Positions 12,690 through 20,542 of a stretch of 64,000 nucleotides of DNA are shown here, piece after piece. The stretch spans positions 372,001 through 436,000 of the forward strand of contig OZ025673.1 of assembly GCA_964019335.1 (NCBI GenBank), in the 5' to 3' direction. The translations under genes were made by a program, and so were the position numbers. The stretch's first letter is position 1, and each line of letters begins with the position of its first letter. The notes beneath the pieces were generated by a model. The model had not been told where the DNA came from. It saw nothing but the letters and a program-made list of their open reading frames with translations, and searched no databases. This stretch comes from Diplonema japonicum. Lineage: Eukaryota > Protista > Euglenozoa: Diplonemea.

Positions 12690-14724
12690 TTAAGCGTCCT
12701 TTGTCCTCTTCCACTCATCGAAGCCCTCAAGGAGTGCCCCGTTCACGACACTCGAGAGGACCCTCGCAGAGAAGCCAGCATAGAAGAAGTTCCTGAACCC
12801 CCCTGCTGTCGCAACACCCGATCTGTAGACCTCACTGTAGGTGGATCCAGTCGCACTCATGAGGTTCCTTCGCACGGTGTCCCAGGGGTAAGCAAACAGT
12901 GACCCGAAAAGGGAAATCACCTGTCCGTGGGCGAAGCGGCTCACACGGTTCATCTTACCCCATTCCTCACCGTAGAATTCCTTCATGAGGTCCCACCCAC
13001 CAAGCTGCACACCACGGAAGATCATCAACCCAGGAGCGTCCATCATGAAGCCTCTGTAGAAGCCCCTCAGCCCACCCTGCGAGTACACATCCTTCGCAGC
13101 TTTGCCCCAAGTGCCCTGTGGATGTTGTGTTGTGTTGTGTTGGTCATTATTTTCTTTTTTTTTTGCCCATACCGAGTTCTTTGTTGCCATCTGCTGTCGC
13201 ATCACATCCAAGGGGTACGCCCACACAAGGGCGTTGATGACTCCGGTTGCAGCCCCTGAACCCACCTTCCCCGCGAAGTACATCCCGTACTGCTTGTCCT
13301 TGTTGTACCTGTGGTCAAGTGTTACGAATGGCTTCATCCCCACCGCACTAAAGCAGCCTCTGCGTCGCATTGCAACTCAACTCATCCAAGTAATGTTAAG
13401 GTAGAATGGTTCTTGGTAGCAGGAGACACAAAGTATCTTCAAGCCAAAAGCCAAAGTTGATAATCACATGCTGCACGTACAGCCTGCTTGCTTCTTGACA
13501 AGCTAAAGCGCGCAGTCTTACAACAGCGATGAGAGCGCGGGATTCGCTTGACGTTGGTTCCAGTTGGTCTGCCGACTCATCCAAGTAATGTTAAGGTAGA
13601 ATGGTTGTTGGTATCAAGAGACACAAAGTATCTTCAAGCCAAATGCCAAAGTTGATAATCATTGAACAGCTTCTTTTACTCTCCCACTCATTCATGTTTT
13701 CATTGCTCTCTCGGGCTATGAGGTGGCAACTAGACGTACAAAGAAAAAGGAATAGCTGTGTTATATACATCCCTGAGCAAGACAAACGGACCCTTGTTTC
13801 TATCATCAATTGAAAGAACAGCCAAAGACTCATCCAAGAATAATTAAGGTAGAATGGTTGTTTGGTATCAATAAACACGAATGTCTTCAAGCCAAATGCC
13901 AAAGTTGATAATCATCGGCCTTTTCTCCTTCATTACAGTTTGTCTCTCGGGTTATGAGGTGGCAGCTAGACGTACAAAGAAAAAGGAATAGCTGTGTTAT
14001 ATACATCCCTGAGCAAGATCAGTAGTTTCCTTCTCCCGAAGTAAAGTAAATTCACTATGATAGGAACGAAGTGGTTAGCAACGGCCCGCCAATAAAGTTA
14101 ACGAGTCAGATCTATGGGTGGAAACTAAGAACAGCGGTATCAAAGGTGCGGAGTGATGTTCACAATAGCACCACCACTGGGGGCTGTGCTCTATGAGGCC
14201 ACTCCTACCGCAGCACTACTCAAACCAACCAAGTGGAGATTGAAAGCCGCAAAAAGTGGGAAAACAATAGAAAAAAAGAAAAGAAAGAAGAAAACATACA
14301 CAGGGAAGTGTCCACTGAGGTGGTCCTTCAGGAAGAGAACAATGTACTGGGAAGGGAGCCACCTCACGATGGTGGGAGAGGCCCCTCGCCAGGCTGCAAG
14401 GTAACCCTCGTTTTTCATGTGCGAGATCGTGCGACCGAGGGACTGTGGTGGGTGAGACATCGTTTTCAGAATAATAACATACGTTGAAGTTGGATCCCTC
14501 AAATGTCTTGTTCGTGTGCTGTGTCTGCATCAGGAGCCTGATGCGCTCCACTGTTTGTGGTGGTAAGTTTAATTTTCATTTTTTTTTCATCTCATACTCG
14601 GGTAAGCCATCAGCTTGAAGGTGAACGGCACGGACTGCAGCGCCGCGAAGTGTCCCGCCGCCCTTGCGTACTTCATCACAACAAGCTCAGCAGGCACAGC
14701 AGTCGCATCAAGTTTGGCGCTCAT
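12690..14724 (-). CDS. Mitochondrial carrier, divergent ADP/ATP translocase-like, copy 1 (299 aa, 5 exons; snoRNA host)
   Basis: Three carrier signatures YPMERIR, YPLDVMR, YPWDTVRR. Introns 14551-14597, 14443-14482, 13309-14299 and 13116-13172 give a 900-nt CDS. Confidence 0.9.
13378..13470 (-). ncRNA. Box C/D snoRNA family A (snR13/U15-like), guide-variant copy
   Basis: C box GTGATTA, D' TTGA, D ATGA. Guide reads GGCTTTTGGC (one mismatch to target). CTACCTTAA element kept. Confidence 0.7.
13490..13553 (-). ncRNA. AGA-box single-hairpin snoRNA family E
   Basis: Lower stem CAAGC/GCTTG, pocket AATCC/CGCTT, upper stem CGC/GCG, AGA 15 nt from the pocket top. Confidence 0.6.
13574..13665 (-). 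ncRNA. Box C/D snoRNA family A (snR13/U15-like)
   Basis: C ATGATTA, guide GGCATTTGGC + D' TTGA, C'-like TTGATA, CTACCTTAA, D ATGA. Confidence 0.85.
13706..13775 (-). ncRNA. AGA-box single-hairpin snoRNA family B
   Basis: Lower stem GGG-ATG/CAT-CCC, upper stem CAGCTA/TAGTTG, AGA 15 nt from the pocket top. Confidence 0.78.
13825..13922 (-). ncRNA. Box C/D snoRNA family A (snR13/U15-like)
   Basis: Family A boxes and guide, plus terminal stem AAGGC/GTCTT. Confidence 0.85.
13942..14011 (-). ncRNA. AGA-box snoRNA family B
   Basis: Family B hairpin (CAGCTA/TAGCTG) plus AGA. Confidence 0.78.
14108..14235 (-). ncRNA. Long AGA-box snoRNA family C (about 128 nt)
   Basis: Single long hairpin ending in AGA-TCT. 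Pocket TGGTTT/TTAGTTT is complementary to LSU AGACUAA-UC-GAACCA. Confidence 0.72.
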
Positions 14725-15525
14725 TTTTCTTTTTTTTTAATATTTACAATACTACTTAAAGATGCTGACCCTTTGAACAGCAACAAAAGCAAAAGGAAAA
14801 AATACCATAATTGAAAGCAGCAACGGGGATCGCCGAATGGCCACACAAAAGATGCTAAAAGAAAGTTTGAAAAACTGGTAATCTAAGGGAGGAAAAAAGA
14901 AACCGTTCGTGGGGTAAAAACTCCTCACAGCGACACACACTGCCGCTAAGGTTAAAAAAGTAATGGTTCAGTGCCATATCTAAGGTGTTTAGGACTCTAG
15001 TTTGTAGTTTCTATTCATTTCTGTTCTTTTCACATGTCTTCACATTCAATCGGATCGTCTCGCGAGGTCGTGGTTGTGGTTGTACGGAGCGCCACCTAGG
15101 AGTCCCGCACTCCCTTTGGTCGCCAGGGATGTCGGGAGCCAACACTCTACGCGTCCTTTGTCCTCTTCCACTCATCGAAGCCCTCAAGGAGTGCCCCATT
15201 CACAACACTCGAGAGGACCCTCGCAGAGAAGCCAGCGTAGAAGAAGTTCCTGAACCCCCCTGCTGTTGCAACACCCGATCTGTAGACCTCACTGTAGGTG
15301 GATCCAGTCGCACTCATGAGGTTCCTTCGCACGGTGTCCCAAGGGTATGAGAACACAGACCCGAAAAGGGAAATCACCTGTCCGTGGGCGAAGCGGCTCA
15401 CACGGTTCATCTTACCCCATTCCCCACCTTCCCCGCGAAGTACATCCCGTACTGCTTGTCCTTGTTGTACCTGTATTAAGTGAATAGCTTGACCCACGAG
15501 ACGAGGCAGGAGCCATTGTCTTTTG

Positions 15526-15592
15526 ATTTCTTGTCCTGGAATACAGCACACAACTCGATCTTGTAACTAAGCAGCGTGGGATTAGCCTGACG
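15526..15592 (-). ncRNA. AGA-box snoRNA family E, diverged copy
   Basis: Keeps AATCC and (T)GCT pocket strands and AGA. Upper stem covaries CGC/GCG to CAC/GTG. Confidence 0.5.
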
Positions 15593-15707
15593 ACTAGTAG
15601 CACAGAATGATTCCAAGTATTGTACTCAGAGTCCCTCCCTCCCCTCCCCCCACAGAGTCAGTTTGCCTTACAAAGAAAGCGACAGGTCGTAACATTGCAA
15701 ACTTCCT

Positions 15708-15760
15708 TCCTCTCGGGCTATGAGTACAAAGAAAAAGGTATAGCTTGTGTTATACACCCC
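15708..15760 (-). pseudogene. Decayed family B snoRNA copy
   Basis: Internal deletion removes the 3' pocket strand and one upper-stem strand. Confidence 0.65.
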
Positions 15761-15779
15761 TTTGTTAGGAAGAACAGCC

Positions 15780-15880
15780 AAGACTCATCCAAGAATATTA
15801 AGGTAGAATGGTTGCTGGTATCAAGAAACACAAATATCTTGTGTCTTCAAGCCAAATGCCAAAGTTGATAATCATCGGCT
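15780..15880 (-). ncRNA. Box C/D snoRNA family A
   Basis: Family A boxes, guide and CTACCTTAA intact. Confidence 0.83.
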
Positions 15881-15939
15881 AATGTCCCCCTCCCACCCCC
15901 CCCCCTTTTTTTTCTCCATTGTCCCCCTACATTTTGAAA

Positions 15940-16008
15940 TTATCTCGGGCTATGAGGTGGCAGCTAGACGTACAAAGAAAAAGGAATAGCTGTGTTATAT
16001 ACATCCCT
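15940..16008 (-). ncRNA. AGA-box snoRNA family B
   Basis: Family B hairpin plus AGA. Confidence 0.78.
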
Positions 16009-16030
16009 TTTCTAATGTGTATGAAGAAGC

Positions 16031-16125
16031 AAGACTCATCCAAGAATAATTAAGGTAGAATGGTTGTTTGGTATCAATAAACACGAATGTCTTCAAGCCA
16101 AATGCCAAAGTTGATAATCATTGAT
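16031..16125 (-). ncRNA. Box C/D snoRNA family A
   Basis: Family A boxes and guide intact. Confidence 0.83.
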
Positions 16126-16235
16126 CTTTTTGAACTAATAAATCCCTCAAAGGCCCCCACCCCCCAAGAGTGCATCAGACGAGAACAGAGGAAGAAAGAG
16201 AGATGTGAAAAAGATAAGAAGGCAGATGTTGTTCA

Positions 16236-16326
16236 TGTCATCCAGTAAAATTAAGGTAGAATGGTTGTTTGGTATCAAAAGGCACTTAGTGCCTTCAAGC
16301 CAAATGCCAAAGTTGATAATCACCCA
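16236..16326 (-). ncRNA. Box C/D snoRNA family A
   Basis: C GTGATTA. Guide, D' and D conserved while spacers diverge. Confidence 0.82.
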
Positions 16327-16383
16327 TGAAGCACACCACAGCTGACTAAACATTCAGCTCGCAGGTGGTCGTTGGTTTTGAAG

Positions 16384-16453
16384 TTTTCTTGGGCTATGAG
16401 GTGGCAACTAGACGTACAAAGAAAAAGGAATAGCTGTGTTATATACATCCCTG
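16384..16453 (-). ncRNA. AGA-box snoRNA family B
   Basis: Ends CCC-A-AGA: AGA is conserved where the alternative CCGA D-box reading is not. Confidence 0.78.
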
Positions 16454-16502
16454 AGCAAGACAAACGGACCTGTGTCCCAATCATCAATTGGGAGAACAGC
16501 CA

Positions 16503-16600
16503 AAGACTCATCCAAGAATAATTAAGGTAGAATGGTTGTTTGGTATCAATAAACACGAATGTTTTCAAGCCAAATGCCAAAGTTGATAATCATCGGCCTT
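16503..16600 (-). ncRNA. Box C/D snoRNA family A
   Basis: Family A boxes, guide and terminal stem. Confidence 0.85.
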
Positions 16601-16629
16601 TTTGTCCTTGACACCAAGTTTTAATATTG

Positions 16630-16698
16630 CTTTCTCGGGTTATGAGGTGGCAGCTAGACGTACAAAGAAAAGGAATAGCTGTGTTATATACATCCCTG
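16630..16698 (-). ncRNA. AGA-box snoRNA family B
   Basis: Family B hairpin plus AGA. Confidence 0.78.
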
Positions 16699-16733
16699 AG
16701 CAAGACAAACAGTTCCCCTTCTTACAGCAAGGC

Positions 16734-16861
16734 AGATCTATGGGTGGAAACTAAGAACAGCGGTATCAAAGGTGCGGAGTGATGTTCACAATAGCACCAC
16801 CACTGGGGGCTGTGCTCTATGAGGCCACTCCTACCGCAGCACTACTCAAACCAACCAAGTG
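16734..16861 (-). ncRNA. Long AGA-box snoRNA family C
   Basis: Matches the copy at 14108. Identity stops just after AGA-TCT. Confidence 0.72.
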
Positions 16862-17739
16862 GAGATTAAAAGCCGCAAAAAGTGGGAAAACAAAAATAGA
16901 AAAAGATAAAAAGAGGGGAAAAAAAAAGTAAGAAAAAAACATACACAGGGAAGTGTCCACTGAGGTGGTCCTTCAGGAAGAGAACAATGTACTGGGAAGG
17001 GAGCCACCTCACGATGGTGGGAGAGGCCCCTCGCCAGGCTGCAAGGTAACCCTCGTTTTTCATGTGCGAGATCGTGCGACCGAGGGACTGTGGTGGGTGA
17101 GACATCGTTTTCAGAATAATAACATACGTTGAAGTTGGATCCCTCAAATGTCTTGTTCGTGTGCTGTGTCTGCATCAGGAGCCTGATGCGCTCCACTGTT
17201 GTTGGTTTTATTTTTCATTTCTTCCTTTTTTAAAAAAAAAAGAAAAGGTTCATCATCTCATACTTGGGTAAGCCATCAGCTTGAAGGTGAACGGCACAGA
17301 CTGCAGCGCCGCGAAGTGTCCCGCCGCCTTTGCGTACTTCATCACAACAAGCTCAGCAGGCACAGCAGTCGCATCAAGTTTGGCGCTCATTTTTCTTTTA
17401 ATGCCTATTCGGGAATAACAGTCCATGTGGCCAACAAAAAATATGAGAAACAAGATCGCTTCGGGGTAGAAAAAGGAAACGAAGGACTACAGAACAATAC
17501 ACGTTGCAAAGCAACTCTTTTTTTTTTTTTTTTTCTTTCTCTTTTTCTTTTTTTTTTTAAAATTCATGGACGTGGATTTTCTTTTTTTTCTTGACTTTTT
17601 TTTTTTTTTTTTTTTTACAAAAGGAAAAAAAGATTATCGTCGCCTACATGAAAAAAAGCATACAATCTTAAAAAAATAAAAAATAAAATAAAAACGGGTA
17701 CAATACAGAAGGGGGTAGGAGATTCTCTTCTTCTGTTTC

Positions 17740-20406
17740 CTAAGACAAGGGGAAGCCATTCATTTTCCACTCGAGTGGTTCAGAAGAAGCAAATCGATAC
17801 ACGGGCCGGGAGGAAGGGTTGGAGCAGAGGGAGAGAGGAGCAAAAGCCGTTTGAATTGGGAGAATGGACTTAATGCTGGCAGGGTGAACGTGCAGATTCT
17901 GCTTGAGGGGACGGAGAACCATGCTAGTCTCATTGAGCAGCTGGAGTTGTGCACACTGCTTGCCATCTTGCTTGAGGTAGAACCACTTTATCTCACCAAT
18001 AAAGGTCTCACCCTTGAAGCGAAACTCCACACAGTCCCTTGCAACAAGAACCCGTCCATCAATAAAGCACGCAGAATAGAATACTCTATCGCCTACAACT
18101 TTCCCCCTTCCCCTGAACTCTACAGGCGATGTTAGCAACATTTTGTTGTTCGTCATGCTCACTTTTGAATGGTAATACACATTCGCCAGTGCCGCGCTGC
18201 TGTGAACTTCTATGCGGTCGCCCATCAACCTGTCCGCCTTCACCTTGGCCTCCTCCTCCGTCTCGATCAGTGTTCTTGTGAAGGGTACCAAGCACCCTGC
18301 GCTGCATTTTGTTTCCGTCTGCGCGGCTTGTTCAAAATATCTAACAGAGACCTTGTCACCTTTCATGCCTAACACTCTGGCGATGCGTGGTTCCTGCATC
18401 CTTGAACCAGGACGGATGTACCTGATGTTCGAGTTGTCCCAGTCGGCGGGCAGGAGCCTCATCTCACCAGATTTTATCTGAAACCTTGCTTGGAAAATGT
18501 GCGGGAAACGGTTTTCATGGATTACGAAGATCTCTCTGAGCAGGCTTGTCGGTTCGCACCAGACTGTGCGGTCTGTCTCGATTACGCTCCTTCCTCTCGG
18601 CACCATGCATGAGGTGTGGCATTCTTGTGTCGCGGCAGCGAGCTGCTCGTAGATACGGATGTTAAACTTCCCTTCATTCTCTTCAGTTACCTTTCCGATT
18701 GTTATCTTGCCTGCAATCTTGAAAAGGAAGATTCTTTTCAAATACGGCTCAAGCTTCTGCGTCTGATCGACCAGTTCCGAAGCCATAGGGCACGACAGGA
18801 TGGATGTCGACTCCGTGCGGAGCACCTCCGGTAGCGGGGTGGCCGTTGTGGTCTTCTTTTGTTTCTTCGCAGGGTGCTCCTCTTGTATCGTGTTTGTATC
18901 TGGTTTCGTAATTGTCTCCTGCTTCGTCTTCGCCGCTTGTTTCTTGACTGCCTTCCTGTCTACAGAAGGGCTCTCGGATGTCAGGCCGTTGCTCCTCGAC
19001 TCTGAGGGTTCCCTTTTCCTTTTCGGTTCAGGCTTTTTTTTCGGTGTCCTGTCCTTTGCTTTCTCGTCCTCCTCCGTCCACCTGCGCATCTGATTCACGT
19101 TTGGCGCCACATATGAGGGGCTAGCGTTCCCGAACTGTACTCCGTACAAAGAGTCCTTGATGTCCACCACAGACCCCGTGGACCATGACGCGCCGTACTT
19201 TACTTGCACTGAAGTGCCTACGGAGAACTCCATTTTGGGTTTCGGTGTCTCGATCTCTTCTGCTATGTGCTTTTCGTTTTGGGGCTTCGGTGCTAGTTTT
19301 GCCTTTTTAGGGGTCGACATGCTCTTGGGTGCTGGTTTCTTCGGGCATGCCGGCTTTATTTTCTTTGGCTCCGCCTTGCGCATTTCGGTAGGGGGCATCA
19401 CCACAATCGAGAAGACTGTGCCTTCGAACAACACTCTGTATGACCCGTTGAGACAGCTTTCTATTGTTCCTCTGAGCCACTGTTTGTACTTGCACTCTAC
19501 TTCATCGCCGACGGCAAACCCCACCTGTTCGGGTTCGGACTCAGACGCTGACTGTGACTCTCGTTCAGACTCTGACTCAGTGTCGGTGTCTACCTGCTTC
19601 TTCGAGGAGGGCCGCCCCCGCACCTTTTTTTGAGCTGCTTTCTTCACAATCTTCTTCTTTTGTTTCGACTTTTCCTCCGATTCGCTCGAGGAAGAGGGCA
19701 CATCTACACCTTCCGACGATGAATCGACGTCCAGCTGGTTGTGCAGCGTCTTCTGTATTGTGTCCCTTGTGTCGCGCCTCTTCAGTGCCCTGACGACGGG
19801 GACTTCATGTGAAGAATCGCTTTCGTCTTTCGGAGTGTAGCACTCTATCGAAACAAGCCGGTCCATGAACACCACAGTTCTCCTCGTGCTGTGTTCGAAG
19901 ACCACCTCGCAGCTGAACGCGTTATTTATCTTTTCCACAACAGCGGTGTAAACCTTCTTGTCTCCTCTGTACACGATTTTGACATTGTCGCCCTCGGTAA
20001 GACCTGAGGTCTTCGGTGGAGGTAGCTTGGTCTTCGTCACTTTTGTTTTTTTCGAACGAGATTCCTCGTCGCGGAGCTCTTTGGGTGTCAGCTTCCTGTA
20101 CGGACTGACGTGGCTGTACACATCCGTTCGTTTGTCCTCGTTGTCGAGAATTACAGTGATGATGTCTTTAGTGCCCCTGCCGACAACTACGCCTCGAAGC
20201 TTCCCGTGGCTTTTCTTGTAAGTTATCTCAACCCTTGTGCCCCGTTCATAGGCACTGCTCTCTTCGGAGCTTTCATCGTAATGCAGACGCTTACTCTCCA
20301 CCATCTGTTCTGTCTTTAGCAAGTCTTGCGACGGGTGCGACTGCGAAGGTACAAAGGTAGAAGATCCGAACTGAGTAGTACTTGTGTCGACCTTCTCAGT
20401 GTTCAT
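17740..20406 (-). CDS. Multi-Tudor/Agenet-like and BAH-like chromatin protein (888 aa)
   Basis: Repeated GDEVECKYKQWLRGTI...YRVLFEG-type modules. C-terminal ARDCVEF...FIGEIKWFY is BAH-like. Lys-rich linkers. Confidence 0.65.
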   Translation of the reverse strand: MNTEKVDTSTTQFGSSTFVPSQSHPSQDLLKTEQMVESKRLHYDESSEESSAYERGTRVEITYKKSHGKLRGVVVGRGTKDIITVILDNEDKRTDVYSHVSPYRKLTPKELRDEESRSKKTKVTKTKLPPPKTSGLTEGDNVKIVYRGDKKVYTAVVEKINNAFSCEVVFEHSTRRTVVFMDRLVSIECYTPKDESDSSHEVPVVRALKRRDTRDTIQKTLHNQLDVDSSSEGVDVPSSSSESEEKSKQKKKIVKKAAQKKVRGRPSSKKQVDTDTESESERESQSASESEPEQVGFAVGDEVECKYKQWLRGTIESCLNGSYRVLFEGTVFSIVVMPPTEMRKAEPKKIKPACPKKPAPKSMSTPKKAKLAPKPQNEKHIAEEIETPKPKMEFSVGTSVQVKYGASWSTGSVVDIKDSLYGVQFGNASPSYVAPNVNQMRRWTEEDEKAKDRTPKKKPEPKRKREPSESRSNGLTSESPSVDRKAVKKQAAKTKQETITKPDTNTIQEEHPAKKQKKTTTATPLPEVLRTESTSILSCPMASELVDQTQKLEPYLKRIFLFKIAGKITIGKVTEENEGKFNIRIYEQLAAATQECHTSCMVPRGRSVIETDRTVWCEPTSLLREIFVIHENRFPHIFQARFQIKSGEMRLLPADWDNSNIRYIRPGSRMQEPRIARVLGMKGDKVSVRYFEQAAQTETKCSAGCLVPFTRTLIETEEEAKVKADRLMGDRIEVHSSAALANVYYHSKVSMTNNKMLLTSPVEFRGRGKVVGDRVFYSACFIDGRVLVARDCVEFRFKGETFIGEIKWFYLKQDGKQCAQLQLLNETSMVLRPLKQNLHVHPASIKSILPIQTAFAPLSLCSNPSSRPVYRFASSEPLEWKMNGFPLS

Positions 20407-20464
20407 TTGCCTGCAAGGGTAGGAGGAAGAACAAGCAAAAAAGAGAATTTAAAAAAAAAAAAAG

Positions 20465-20499
<35 letters not shown>

Positions 20500-20542
20500 A
20501 CGTTTGAACAAGAAAATAAAAATTCATTTTTTCTTAAGATTT

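Larger units (their letters stand above)
15147..17390 (-). pseudogene. ADP/ATP-carrier-like copy 2, frameshifted; still a snoRNA host
   Basis: Near-identical to copy 1 but missing 295 nt (copy-1 12966-13260). Junction near 15423 gives a premature TGA at 15407-15409. Intron 3 (15471-16944) splice sites intact. Confidence 0.8.

Noticed and set aside
13706-13775. Reading families B and C as box C/D RNAs (CCGA or CTGA as D box)
   Set aside because: CCGA becomes CCAA at 16384 and 25302, and CTGA becomes CTGC near 16732, whereas AGA is invariant and correctly spaced.
14012-14105. Possible fifth snoRNA between units B and C (also near 25610-25700)
   Set aside because: Absent from copy 2, weak stems, no C box and no convincing target.
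14123-14177. Plus-strand AACTAAGAAC and GCACCACCAC complementary to generic SSU rRNA around the helix-34 ac4C site
   Set aside because: Wrong strand relative to the host and the other units, and the minus-strand AGA model explains the region. Probably coincidental.
13378-16700. Repeat/spacer pattern suggestive of a CRISPR array or of short repeated ORFs (MAFGLKTF...)
   Set aside because: Eukaryotic intron, units of 70-100 nt of alternating types, no cas genes. snoRNA boxes and rRNA complementarity explain the conservation.
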